DNA of 32,000 bases. Source: Candidatus Saccharimonadota bacterium. GTDB taxonomy: Bacteria > Pseudomonadota > Gammaproteobacteria > Enterobacterales > Enterobacteriaceae. The stretch spans positions 714,322 to 746,321 of the forward strand of contig NZ_CP097762.1 of the NCBI RefSeq assembly GCF_023585745.1. Direction: 5' to 3'. The notes under the pieces are model-generated. The model ran no database searches and was not told the DNA's origin. It saw only the letters and a list, made by a program, of their open reading frames with translations. Below, piece by piece: positions 10,951 through 23,237 of the stretch; within the stretch, counting starts at the first letter, position 1; each line of letters opens with the position of its first letter. The translations under genes were made by a program, and so were the position numbers.

Positions 10951-11499
10951 ATGGAAAGTAGTGTGTTAACCATTGCGTATATATATGCAACAGCTGTATT
11001 TGATGTGGCTGTGTCTCAAAAGAATATAGATACGTGGCAAAAAAGTTTAAGTATATTTTCTAAAATAATAGAAAATACTCTTATGAAATCTTTATGTTTT
11101 AGATGTTTAGCTCCTAAAAAGTTATCAGAGATATTTTTAAAAATATGTGAAGATTATCAGAAAAAAAAAATGGATATTTTTAGTAAAAATTTAATTTATA
11201 TAATTTCAGAAAATAATAGATTGTTACTATTACCAGTAATTTTTAAAGAATTTTTACGTTTACGTTATATATATGAAAATTCTATAAGAATTAAAATTAT
11301 TACCGCTTGGCCTTTAAATTCTTATCAGTTAAAAAAAATTAATAAAATTATGTCTAAACGCTTGTCTAAATCGGTAAATTTAGAAAACATTGTAGACAAA
11401 CAAATATTATCTGGAATAGTGATCCAGATTGGAGATACTATAATTGATAACAGTGTACGTAATCGTATTTTTCGTTTAAATCATATATTACAATTTTAG
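10951..11499 (+). CDS. atpH: F0F1 ATP synthase subunit delta
   Basis: The position in the operon fits, and the ATG directly abuts the atpF TAG. The C-terminal ...SGIVIQIGDTIIDNSVRNRIFRL matches E. coli ...[23 protein letters not shown]. Confidence 0.9.
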   Translation: MESSVLTIAYIYATAVFDVAVSQKNIDTWQKSLSIFSKIIENTLMKSLCFRCLAPKKLSEIFLKICEDYQKKKMDIFSKNLIYIISENNRLLLLPVIFKEFLRLRYIYENSIRIKIITAWPLNSYQLKKINKIMSKRLSKSVNLENIVDKQILSGIVIQIGDTIIDNSVRNRIFRLNHILQF

Positions 11500-11528
11500 T
11501 ATATTACTTTTAGGTTTTAAAAAATATT

Positions 11529-13070
11529 ATGCAATTGAATTCTAGTGAGATTAGTGAGTTGATTAAAAAGCGCATTATGCAATGCGACATTACTTCGGAA
11601 ATTCGTAATGAAGGTACGATTATTGCAGTAGGAGATGGAGTTATTCGTATATATGGATTGACAAATGTAATGCAAGGTGAAATGATTGCTTTGCCAAATG
11701 AGCAATTTGCTGTTGCTCTAAATTTAGAGCGAGATTCTGTAGGCGCAGTAGTTATGGGGTCGTGTGTAAATATTTCTGAGGGGATGATAGTACGATGCAC
11801 AGGAAATATATTAAGAGTTCCTGTTGGTTATGAATTATTGGGCCGAGTAATAAATACATTAGGTGTGCCTATAGATAATAAAGGAACTATACAGTGTTCA
11901 GAGTATCTTCCAATAGAAGCTTCTGCTCCTAGTGTTATTGATCGTAAATCAATAGATGAACCGATTCAAACTGGATATAAATCTATCGATTCTATGATAC
12001 CTATAGGACGTGGGCAACGGGAATTAATTATAGGAGACAGACAAACTGGAAAATCTGCTTTAGCAATTGATACGATCATCAATCAACGTTTTAGTGGTGT
12101 TAAATGTATTTATGTTGCTATTGGGCAAAAAGCAATAACTGTAGCTAATGTGGTAAAAAAATTAGAAGAATATGATGCATTATCTAATACTATTGTTGTT
12201 CTTGCATCTGCTTCTGAATCCGCTGTGTTACAGTATTTAGCGCCGTATTCTGGATGTGCTATGGGTGAATATTTTCGTGATCTTGGTGAAGATGTATTGA
12301 TTGTGTACGATGATCTTTCTAAACAAGCAATTGCTTATCGGCAGATTTCTTTATTATTAAGGCGTCCACCTGGAAGAGAAGCATATCCAGGAGATATATT
12401 TTATTTACATGCCCGTTTATTAGAGCGAGCGTCGAGAGTAAGCGCTGATTATGTTGCCCATTGTACTAATGGAAAAATAACAGGAAAAACTGGTTCTTTA
12501 ACTGCATTACCTATTGTTGAAACGCAAGCTGGTGATGTTGCTTCTTTTATTCCAACAAACGTTATTTCTATTACTGATGGTCAAATTTTTTTAGAATCTC
12601 GTTTGTTTAATGCTGGTATTCGGCCTGCAGTGGATCCTGGAATTTCTGTATCGCGAGTTGGAGGATCAGCGCAAACTAAAATTATGAAAGTTTTATCTGG
12701 TGGTATTCGAACCGCTTTAGCTCAGTATCGTGAATTAGAGGCGTTTTCTCAATTTGCGTCAGAATTAGATGATATAACGCAAAAGCAATTACAGTATGGT
12801 CAAAAGGTTACTGAATTATTAAAGCAAAAGCAATATGTTCCTATGTCTGTTAGTTCTCAATCTATTGTTTTATTCGCAGCTATACATGGTTATTTAGATG
12901 ATATTGCTATATCAAAAATAAGTGATTTTGAATCTTCTTTAATATTATATATGAATTATGCAGAAACAGAATTAATGCAAATAATTGATAAAAGTGGTAT
13001 ATATGATACTAATATTGAAAATAGATTTAAAAGTATTCTTAATACTTTTAAAAAAAATCAGTCTTGGTAA
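11529..13070 (+). CDS. atpA: F0F1 ATP synthase subunit alpha
   Basis: [70 protein letters not shown] is collinear with E. coli AtpA over its full length. Confidence 0.97.
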   Translation: MQLNSSEISELIKKRIMQCDITSEIRNEGTIIAVGDGVIRIYGLTNVMQGEMIALPNEQFAVALNLERDSVGAVVMGSCVNISEGMIVRCTGNILRVPVGYELLGRVINTLGVPIDNKGTIQCSEYLPIEASAPSVIDRKSIDEPIQTGYKSIDSMIPIGRGQRELIIGDRQTGKSALAIDTIINQRFSGVKCIYVAIGQKAITVANVVKKLEEYDALSNTIVVLASASESAVLQYLAPYSGCAMGEYFRDLGEDVLIVYDDLSKQAIAYRQISLLLRRPPGREAYPGDIFYLHARLLERASRVSADYVAHCTNGKITGKTGSLTALPIVETQAGDVASFIPTNVISITDGQIFLESRLFNAGIRPAVDPGISVSRVGGSAQTKIMKVLSGGIRTALAQYRELEAFSQFASELDDITQKQLQYGQKVTELLKQKQYVPMSVSSQSIVLFAAIHGYLDDIAISKISDFESSLILYMNYAETELMQIIDKSGIYDTNIENRFKSILNTFKKNQSW

Positions 13071-13108
13071 AATATAATAATGATCGTAAATAATGGTATA
13101 ATGATAAT

Positions 13109-15419
<2,311 letters not shown>

Positions 15420-15460
15420 ATAAAAATTTTTATTGTTTGTTTATATAGGTATGAAAATTG

Positions 15461-15916
15461 ATGTTAATCACCAATAGTTATCGTTTAATTGTTGTGTCTG
15501 TAGAAAAACAGATATTTTCTGATGCAGTGCGAAAAATTCAAGTGAATGGTACTGAAGGAGAAATGGGGATTTTTCCTGGTCACTCTCCTTTACTTACATC
15601 TATTAAGCCTGGGGTTTTGCATATAGTTAAATTATGTAATAACATAGAATATGTATATATTTCTGGAGGTATTTTAGAGATTCAGAATACTGTGGTTACA
15701 ATATTAGCAGATACTGCGGTTCGAGCAGACGAACTAGATGAACAACAGGCTAATTTAGCAAAATTAGCAGCGGAAAATTATATTAAAAAATTTTATGATA
15801 GTGGTGGTAGTAGTAATAAAAAGGATATTAATTATATCAAAATTTCCTCAGAAATGTCTCAAGCTATTGCAAAACTTAGATTAATTGAATTGTATAAAAA
15901 ATATAAGAACAGTTGA
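15461..15916 (+). CDS. atpC: F0F1 ATP synthase subunit epsilon
   Basis: [65 protein letters not shown] aligns with E. coli AtpC. I chose the ATG at 15461, one codon inside the TTG track start. Confidence 0.92.
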   Translation: MLITNSYRLIVVSVEKQIFSDAVRKIQVNGTEGEMGIFPGHSPLLTSIKPGVLHIVKLCNNIEYVYISGGILEIQNTVVTILADTAVRADELDEQQANLAKLAAENYIKKFYDSGGSSNKKDINYIKISSEMSQAIAKLRLIELYKKYKNS

Positions 15917-16009
15917 TTTTTTTAGATACAGGTTTTAGGAAATTTTAAAAAATTTGTGTTGGATAAGAATAATTTTTTTGTAGTGGTTTATTTATATAAA
16001 AGATATTTT

Positions 16010-17413
16010 ATGTCATATTTTAATTTAAATGCAATTATATTAGCTGCCGGTATGGGTTGTAGGATGTTATCAGATATACCGAAAGTGTTATATAAAATTG
16101 GTGGTAAATGTTTGTTACAGCATGTAATTGATGCTGTAATGCAATTAGGAGTAAAATCTATATATGTGGTATATAGCTCCAACAATGGCAGGAATATTAT
16201 GCAAACAATTGATACACGTCACTATACAAATATTCCGGTACATTGGGTTTTGCAGAGACATTTAATTGGCACTGGAAATGCTATTCAGCAAGTTTTGCCA
16301 GTTATTAATGATGATGAAGATATTTTAGTGTTATATGGTGATGTACCATTTATTTCATGTAAAACATTACGGGAATTATATGGATTAAAATCTAAATGCG
16401 ATTTAAGCATGCTGACAGCTATTTTAAATAATCCAGATGGTTATGGACGTATTATAAGAAATAAAGAAGGTATGGTGATCAATATTGTGGAACATGCAGA
16501 TATTATTGATAATATTCATAATACAATTAAAGAGATTAATACAGGTATATTTGTTGCTGTTGCTAAAAATTTAAAATGTTGGTTGCATGAAGTAACTGCT
16601 GATAATATAAAAAATGAGTTTTATTTAACAGATATTGTACATATAGCTCATGCTTCGGGTTGTGTCATAAACACAATGCATCCTTTCGATTTATTTGAGA
16701 TTTTAGGAATAAATAGTAAATCCGATTTAGTTGTTTTAAACAGAAAATATCAAAAAAAGCAAGCGGATAGTTTATTATCTTCTGGAGTTATGATAATTGA
16801 TCCAAACAGATTTGATTTACGAGGAACATTAGTACACGGGCAAGATGTTTGTATTGATATAAATGTGATTTTAGAAGGACATATTGTTTTAGGAAATAGA
16901 GTACAAATAGGATCAGGTTGTATTTTAAAAGATGTGGTTATTGGTAATGATGTAACTATATTTCCATATTCAATAATTGAAGATTCAAAAATTAATAATT
17001 TTGTTAGTATTGGTCCTTTTGCTAGATTAAGATCTGGAAATAATTTATTGGGTAATAATCATATAGGAAATTTTGTTGAAATGAAAAATACATTATTTGG
17101 TAAGTATTCTAAAGCAAAGCATTTGAGTTATTTAGGTGATGCAGAAATAGGTGAATATGTGAATATTGGAGCCGGAGCAATTACTTGCAATTTTGATGGT
17201 TTTAAAAAGCAACGTACTATTGTTAGTGATCATGTTTTTATTGGCGCAGATAGTCAAATTATTGCTCCAGTTGTTATTGGTAAAAACGCAACTATTGGAG
17301 CTGGAACAACTGTAGTTAAAGATGTGGCGGATAATGATACTGTTATTAGCAGAACAGAACAATTTTCTATTGCATGTCACCATAAACATTCAAAGACTAA
17401 AAATAGTGTTTAA
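16010..17413 (+). CDS. glmU: Bifunctional UDP-N-acetylglucosamine pyrophosphorylase / glucosamine-1-phosphate N-acetyltransferase
   Basis: AIILAAGMGCRMLSDIPKVLYKIGGK..GTGNAIQQ..DEDILVLYGDVPFIS, plus a C-terminal hexapeptide-repeat domain (IGNFVEMKN..YLGDAEIGEYVNIGAGAITCNFDG). The start was trimmed 18 codons to MSYFNLN by alignment to E. coli GlmU. Confidence 0.94.
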   Translation: MSYFNLNAIILAAGMGCRMLSDIPKVLYKIGGKCLLQHVIDAVMQLGVKSIYVVYSSNNGRNIMQTIDTRHYTNIPVHWVLQRHLIGTGNAIQQVLPVINDDEDILVLYGDVPFISCKTLRELYGLKSKCDLSMLTAILNNPDGYGRIIRNKEGMVINIVEHADIIDNIHNTIKEINTGIFVAVAKNLKCWLHEVTADNIKNEFYLTDIVHIAHASGCVINTMHPFDLFEILGINSKSDLVVLNRKYQKKQADSLLSSGVMIIDPNRFDLRGTLVHGQDVCIDINVILEGHIVLGNRVQIGSGCILKDVVIGNDVTIFPYSIIEDSKINNFVSIGPFARLRSGNNLLGNNHIGNFVEMKNTLFGKYSKAKHLSYLGDAEIGEYVNIGAGAITCNFDGFKKQRTIVSDHVFIGADSQIIAPVVIGKNATIGAGTTVVKDVADNDTVISRTEQFSIACHHKHSKTKNSV

Positions 17414-17653
17414 TAGTTCTACATGTGTATTGTTTTGTGTTGTTTAAGATTTTTAAATGTTTTAAAAAATGCAATTTTTCATATAGATTAATACTAATAT
17501 TATTATATAATGTATAGAGAATCATATCTATTTTATTATAGAAGAGTTGATTTTTTTTATAAAAATTAAAATTTTATCTTGTTTTATAAGATTTCTTTCG
17601 TTTAAGAGTGACTTTATTAAGAGGTTCTTTGAAAGAATGCAGTGAATTTAGAG

Positions 17654-19093
17654 TTATTTTCCAATACAAAATGTAGAAAATATTTTTTTTAATAAGTCTT
17701 CAGTAGTAAATTTTCCAAATATTTTTATTAGTTCGTTATGTGCTAGTTTAATATCTTCTGCAAAAAATTCATTAACATATTGTGTAGATATTAATTGGTT
17801 TTTAGCGGATAACAGATATTTAAAAGATTTTTCTAGTATGTTTAAATGACGTCTTCTAGTAATCAAATTACTTTGATTGTTAATAAATCCTGGAGGAAGA
17901 TCTTTATAGGATTTATATGTTATATTATTAATCAAGTAATTTTTTAAAAGATCTATTCCTGAATTGAATAGAGCTGATAATGTGATAAATGTATGATTCT
18001 TTATGGTATAAAGTTTGTTTTTTTCTTTACTTAAATCAGATTTATTACGAATTATAGTTATGGGAATTTGTTGATTTTTATGAAGTAATTTTTTTCGTAT
18101 ATTATTGAAAATATCTTCATATTTTTTGTTAGAGTATTGCCTATCTTCATAAGCATTTATGACCCATAATATATGATCGGCATTGTTTAGTTCTTTTATT
18201 GCGCGTTGGATACCAATTTTTTCTACTTCATTATTGATATTATTTTGGAATCCAGCAGTATCGATGATATGGAATAAAATACCATTTAATTGTATACATT
18301 CATGTAATATATCTCTTGTGGTACCAGAGGCGTCATTAACAATTGCTCTTTCAGTACCAATTAATGCATTGAATAAACTGGATTTACCTACGTTGGGTTC
18401 TCCTGCAATCACTATTTTTAAACCTTCACGTAGTATAAGATTATGACAAGCTGATTGATGCATCTTTTTTATGTCATATATGATATTATCTAGTAATTTT
18501 ATAGTTTTATCATATGATAAAACATGCACTTCTTCTGAGAAGTCAATAGAAGATTCTATGTATATACGTAGTTCAGTAAGTTTGTTCAATATTGCACGTA
18601 TCTGTTGTGAAAAATGACCTTGTAAATAATTAGATGCTGATTTTGCTGCTTGATATGAATTAGCATTAATTATATCTGTTATTGCTTCAGCTTGAACAAG
18701 GTCAATTTTTCCATTTATAAACGCTCTTTTAGTAAATTCTCCTGGTTGCGCTATTCGAATATTTGGAGAAGTTTTTAAGATACGTTCTAATAGAATATCT
18801 AATATTATAAGTCCGCTGTGTCCATGTATTTCTAAAGTATTTTCTCCTGTAAAAGAATTAGGTTCTGGAAAAAACAGTGCTATTACTTGCTCCAATATAG
18901 TACCATCTGTATCAAAAATTGGTAAATATTCCGCTTTTCTTGGAATTAGATTTTTTTTATGTAATAACTCTGGAATTATTATCGGTACTAATGGTCCTGA
19001 TACGCGTATTACCCCAATTCCTCCTATGCCTATAGGAGTAGAAATAGCAGTTATTGTATCTGTAGAGCTATGTATAAACTTATTATTTAACAT
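17654..19093 (-). CDS. mnmE: tRNA modification GTPase MnmE (TrmE/ThdF)
   Basis: DTITAISTPIGIGGIGVIRVSG..PNSFTGENTLEIHGHSG..GEFTKRAFINGKIDLVQAEAI..IAGEPNVGKSSLFNAL..DTAG..RNKSDL, and the C-terminal FCIGK motif. Confidence 0.95.
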   Translation of the reverse strand: MLNNKFIHSSTDTITAISTPIGIGGIGVIRVSGPLVPIIIPELLHKKNLIPRKAEYLPIFDTDGTILEQVIALFFPEPNSFTGENTLEIHGHSGLIILDILLERILKTSPNIRIAQPGEFTKRAFINGKIDLVQAEAITDIINANSYQAAKSASNYLQGHFSQQIRAILNKLTELRIYIESSIDFSEEVHVLSYDKTIKLLDNIIYDIKKMHQSACHNLILREGLKIVIAGEPNVGKSSLFNALIGTERAIVNDASGTTRDILHECIQLNGILFHIIDTAGFQNNINNEVEKIGIQRAIKELNNADHILWVINAYEDRQYSNKKYEDIFNNIRKKLLHKNQQIPITIIRNKSDLSKEKNKLYTIKNHTFITLSALFNSGIDLLKNYLINNITYKSYKDLPPGFINNQSNLITRRRHLNILEKSFKYLLSAKNQLISTQYVNEFFAEDIKLAHNELIKIFGKFTTEDLLKKIFSTFCIGK

Positions 19094-19135
19094 TATAAAA
19101 TATGTATTAACTCTAATATCAGAACATTAGTTTTA

Positions 19136-20803
19136 TTAGCGCTGTTTATTTTGTAGACCTTTTTTTTCTAAAACTTTATAAATCATTTGTTGTTGAATAA
19201 TAGTAATGATATTACTTACTATGTAGTATAACACCAATCCGGATGGGAACCATAAAAAAAATATAGTAAAAATTATTAACATAATAGTCATTATATTTTT
19301 TTGTATTGTATCACCAATAGCATTAGGTGATATTTTTTGTATGTAAAACATGGTTATTCCCATTAATATTGGAAGTATACAATATGGATCCGGTGCAGAT
19401 AAATCATGAATCCAGAAAATGAAATTAGCATGTCTTAGTTCTACAGAACTTGATAACATATAATATAGAGCTAAGAAAATTGGCATTTGAATAAGTACAG
19501 GGAGACATCCGCCTAATGGATTTAATTTTTCTTCTTTATATAATTTTATGGTGTTTTGATGGTATTGGTATTTATCGTGTTTATATGCTGTGTGAATTGC
19601 AGATAATTTAGGTTGTAACATACGTATTTTTGCCATAGAAGTATACTGTGCTTTAGTTAAAGGATACATAATAAATCGTATAATTAGTGTAGTTATGACA
19701 ATTGATATGCCCCAATTATTTACGTATTCATGTATAAGATTTAATAGATTAAATAGTGGTTGAGAGATAAACCATAACCATCCATAATCAATGATTAAAT
19801 CTAGATTCTGGTTTACTTGTGTCATTTTTTTTTGAACTTTTGGGCCCATCCACAATATAGATTGTAGTGTTTCTTGTTGTCCCATAGGGATATGTATCGA
19901 AGAAGTTTGAAAACCTATTATGGCATTTTTTTGGTCAAGGAAAGTAGTATAAAATGTTTTAAATCCTTGGTTCAATGGAATCCAAGCAGTTGCGAAGTAT
20001 TTTTGAGACATAGCTATCCAACCACTAGAAGTATTAATGTTTAAATCTGACTTTTTTATATCTTTAAAACTATATTTTTGATATTTTTTTTTGTCAGTAG
20101 AGTATATAGTACCTCGATATGAATATAATGGGAAACTGTCTTCGTCGTTGTTTCTATTATTATATTCAATAGGATAAGATATGGATTGTACTAAATTTCC
20201 CAATAATTTAATGTTTATTGAGTTATTACTCATATTACTTATAATGTAGTCTACGTGTATGGAGTAATCATTTCGATTAAAAGTGTAATTTTTAGTATAT
20301 TTTATTCCATTATTGTCATGATGTATTAAACTCACTTTTAACGTATTTTCTTTTTTTAGTAATTTATAGGTATCTTGATTATTTGAAGTGGTGTACAAAA
20401 ATTTTTTGTTAAAGAATGGTTTTTTTAACGATTCAGACGTTTCATTGATTATATTGATATTTGCATTGTATACAAAATTTTTTTTGGTACATAATAGATG
20501 ATAAGGTGTTTTAGAATTTAAATTTTCTTGATAATTCATTAGGTAAGCTTCTTCAATATCGCCTCCATAGGTATTTATTTTTAGTAGAAATACATCTGTT
20601 TCTACAGTGATTAGATGATTTTCTTTATAAGAATATGTTATTTCATTGTCATTTTCAGCATTATCTAAGGTATATATGTTGTCACGTGTGTTTATTATTG
20701 TTTGGATATTTTTATCTTGATAATGTTCTGTTTGCCATGTTTGCCATAGTATAAATGACATAATTAAAAAAGCTATCAAAAAAAAATTACGTTGTGAATC
20801 CAT
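19136..20803 (-). CDS. yidC: Membrane protein insertase YidC, read from the internal ATG at 20803
   Basis: MDSQRNFFLIAFLIMSFILWQTWQ aligns with the E. coli YidC N-terminus. The C-terminal core has GWLWFISQPLF..NWGISIVITTLIIRFIMYPLT..KLNPLGGCLPVLIQMPIFLALY..SGLVLYYIVSN. AGGA lies about 10 nt upstream of this ATG. There is no stop codon between it and the upstream yidD-like frame. Confidence 0.93.
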   Translation of the reverse strand: MDSQRNFFLIAFLIMSFILWQTWQTEHYQDKNIQTIINTRDNIYTLDNAENDNEITYSYKENHLITVETDVFLLKINTYGGDIEEAYLMNYQENLNSKTPYHLLCTKKNFVYNANINIINETSESLKKPFFNKKFLYTTSNNQDTYKLLKKENTLKVSLIHHDNNGIKYTKNYTFNRNDYSIHVDYIISNMSNNSINIKLLGNLVQSISYPIEYNNRNNDEDSFPLYSYRGTIYSTDKKKYQKYSFKDIKKSDLNINTSSGWIAMSQKYFATAWIPLNQGFKTFYTTFLDQKNAIIGFQTSSIHIPMGQQETLQSILWMGPKVQKKMTQVNQNLDLIIDYGWLWFISQPLFNLLNLIHEYVNNWGISIVITTLIIRFIMYPLTKAQYTSMAKIRMLQPKLSAIHTAYKHDKYQYHQNTIKLYKEEKLNPLGGCLPVLIQMPIFLALYYMLSSSVELRHANFIFWIHDLSAPDPYCILPILMGITMFYIQKISPNAIGDTIQKNIMTIMLIIFTIFFLWFPSGLVLYYIVSNIITIIQQQMIYKVLEKKGLQNKQR

Positions 20804-21067
20804 ATTGATTACATCCTGAATATGTGAATATGAGTAATATATGAAATCTTCATTGTTATTATCGGCTAAAGGATGACAGTGTAATACGCGAATAAAAGTC
20901 ATCCATATACCTTGTATAATTCCGAATGTTTTTATTGATTGTATACTATATTGAGAGCAAGTAATTTGAAAACGACAGTGATGACCTAATATAGGGCTAA
21001 TAATAAATTGGTAGGTAGATATTAACCATATTATGTGTTTTTGAATGAATAAAAATGGCGATTCCAT
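20804..21067 (-). CDS. yidD: Membrane protein insertion efficiency factor YidD, 88 codons, in frame with yidC and not separated from it by a stop
   Basis: MESPFLFIQKHIIWLISTYQFIISPILGHHCRFQITCSQYSIQSIKTFGIIQGIWMTFIRVLHCHPL aligns with E. coli YidD (..[49 protein letters not shown]). The frame continues ..ADNNNEDFIYYSYSHIQDVIN-MDSQ into YidC. The start overlaps the rnpA 3' end by 37 nt. Confidence 0.8.
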
Positions 21068-21393
21068 AACTTTTGAAGTTCTTTTATTAATGCGTGGTTT
21101 TTAAGATAAATAATTTTTTTAGAGTTAATAACTAATATAAAATCATTAGATGATAGCTTATGTTGATTAGTACGAAATGTTTCTCGCATATGTCTTTTAA
21201 TTCTGTTACGTTCATGAGAAAGTTTAATATACTTTTTTGAAATTGTTAATCCTATACGTGGATATCCTAAGTTATTAGATCTACTAAATAAAGTTATTCC
21301 GATAGATTTTATGCATGTTGGTTTTTGGAACACAAAAATAAATTGTTTTTTAGTCAACAATTTTATTTTTTTAGGTAAACTAAATTTATTCAT
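21031..21393 (-). CDS. rnpA: Ribonuclease P protein component
   Basis: [55 protein letters not shown] is collinear with E. coli RnpA (..[32 protein letters not shown]). Confidence 0.93.
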   Translation of the reverse strand: [120 protein letters not shown]

Positions 21394-21424
21394 TTAGTTA
21401 TTAATATGAATACACTAATGAATT

Positions 21425-21565
21425 TTATGTAGACACAACTAATTTAGTACGTCCTTTAGATCTACGTCTTGATAATATCTTACGACCTTTTTTTGTTAAC
21501 ATTCTTACTCTAAAGCCATGTGTTCTATTGCGTTTTAGTACAGAAGGTTGAAAGGTGCGTTTCAT
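21425..21565 (-). CDS. rpmH: 50S ribosomal protein L34
   Basis: Hand translation of the minus strand gives [46 protein letters not shown] (46 aa), the L34 signature. It is too short for the ORF track. It lies 31 nt upstream of rnpA, in the conserved rpmH-rnpA arrangement. Confidence 0.95.
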   Translation of the reverse strand: MKRTFQPSVLKRNRTHGFRVRMLTKKGRKILSRRRSKGRTKLVVST

Positions 21566-21878
21566 ATTGGATTTTATACTATCTATAATGGTTATTGATT
21601 TTAGTTAGTTTTCAAATGCAGAACAGAAAACATATTATAATACAGTTGATATAAAGTCAAAAATATTTAAAAGTTTTATATCATTTGATAAATAGTTGCA
21701 TTCTAGGGCACTATTTTTATTAGAATTAATTAGTTGTATAATATGCGTATACACCGTGTGGTATATTTATTTTTTAAATTTTGTACATTATACTACATGT
21801 AGTAATATATATGTAAATTTTGATTTAAAATAATTAGTTTATTTGAATAGTAAAGCTTTTTGTTTAAAGATTGTAATT

Positions 21879-22991
21879 ATGAATTTTGTAATTAATAAAA
21901 AATGTTTATATAAGTCATTGCAAAAAGTTATAGCTATTGTAGCTAGCCGCCCTAGAATTCCTATATTAACTCATATTTTATTAGAAGTTAGTAGAAATCA
22001 TCTATTTATTACTGCAACGGATTTAGAAATTGAAATAATAGCGTATTTGATGTTAGAACAGGAATATCCATGCCCTTTTAGGGTTACTGTATCGGGTCGT
22101 AAGTTCTTTGAAATTTGTCGTAGTTTTCCTGAATCTGCAAAAATTTCTATAACTTTAAAAGACGAAAGATTAATGATTTGTTCTGGTACTAGTAAATTTT
22201 CTTTGTCAACTTTATGCGCAGAAGATTTTCCCAAATCGGATGAGTGGAAAGACGGTGTGAAATTAACAATATCGCAACTTAGTCTAAAAAAAATGATTGA
22301 GTTAACTCAATTTTCTATGGGTTCTCAAGATGCTCGTTATTATCTAAATGGAATATTTTTTAAAACTGCAAAAGATTCTGTTCGTATCGTAGCAACTGAT
22401 GGACATCGTTTAGCAACATGTAAGACATCCGTTTCAGGTGTATTATCGGAACAATCAATTATTATTCCGCGTAAAGGAATTGTAGAGATTTTGCGTTTAT
22501 TAACGATGCAAGAAAAATTAGTTGATATTTATTTTAATAAAACTAGTGTTCGTATCAAAATTGATAATTATGTTTTTACATCTAAGTTAATTGATGCTGT
22601 ATTTCCAAATTGTTGTGATATTTTTTTAAAAAAACAATCAAGAAATGTTTTAGAAATTACGTGTGAGGTTCTTCGGCATGCTTTAAAGCGTGTTGCTATT
22701 TTGGCAAATGAGAAACTTCGTATTATTCAATTTGTATTGATGAAAAATCAGTTAAAAATAACGTCTTATAATTTTTCACATGAAACTTCAGAAGAAATTT
22801 TGGATGTTTCTTATTGCGGTGAGAATATGGAAGTATTTTTTAATGTAGATTATTTACTAAATATTCTTAATGTAATGTTAGATCAAGAGATATTACGATT
22901 TTTTTTAACTGATTCAATATCTAGTGTGCAAATAGAGAGCGCATCAAGAATTTACGCAGCTACATACATAGTAATGCCAGTGCGGACATAA
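21879..22991 (+). CDS. dnaN: DNA polymerase III beta sliding clamp
   Basis: MNFVINKKCLYKSLQKV..RPRIPILTHILLEV..TATDLEIEI..RKFFEICRSFPE..SKFSLSTL.AEDFP..TQFSMGSQDARYYLNGIFF..VATDGHRLA..IIPRKG..FTSKLID..FP..YIVMPVR is collinear with E. coli DnaN. The start was trimmed 12 codons to the ATG at 21879. Confidence 0.95.
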   Translation: MNFVINKKCLYKSLQKVIAIVASRPRIPILTHILLEVSRNHLFITATDLEIEIIAYLMLEQEYPCPFRVTVSGRKFFEICRSFPESAKISITLKDERLMICSGTSKFSLSTLCAEDFPKSDEWKDGVKLTISQLSLKKMIELTQFSMGSQDARYYLNGIFFKTAKDSVRIVATDGHRLATCKTSVSGVLSEQSIIIPRKGIVEILRLLTMQEKLVDIYFNKTSVRIKIDNYVFTSKLIDAVFPNCCDIFLKKQSRNVLEITCEVLRHALKRVAILANEKLRIIQFVLMKNQLKITSYNFSHETSEEILDVSYCGENMEVFFNVDYLLNILNVMLDQEILRFFLTDSISSVQIESASRIYAATYIVMPVRT

Positions 22992-23180
22992 TAGTGATAA
23001 TATTATCAAATGGTATATATATGTTATATAAGTATGTTGTATTTTTAAATAAAAATATTTAATGATATTAAATTAATGTAGTTTTATATAGATTTTGTTT
23101 ATTATTTAATTTTCTTCATAAAAATTATTTTTAATTACATAATTTTAATAAAATTAAAGTAATCGTATTTGAAATTTTAT

Positions 23181-23223
23181 TTAATATTCAATGATTAATG
23201 TGGTATTAATCATTGAATATTAA
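23181..23223. terminator. Perfect 19 bp inverted repeat with a 5 nt loop between dnaN and gyrB; candidate dnaN terminator, attenuator or protein-binding palindrome
   Basis: ttaatattcaatgattaat (23181-23199) is the exact reverse complement of attaatcattgaatattaa (23205-23223), with loop gtggt. TGTTTTATT follows on the plus strand. It lies 72 nt upstream of the gyrB ATG. Confidence 0.5.
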
Positions 23224-23237
23224 TGTTTTATTGATGA

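Noticed and set aside
21791-21804. Perfect 14 bp palindrome tactacatgtagta upstream of dnaN
   Set aside because: By a rough estimate, palindromes of this length should occur many times by chance in 32 kb of DNA this AT-rich. It has no flanking features, so it is not distinguishable from background.
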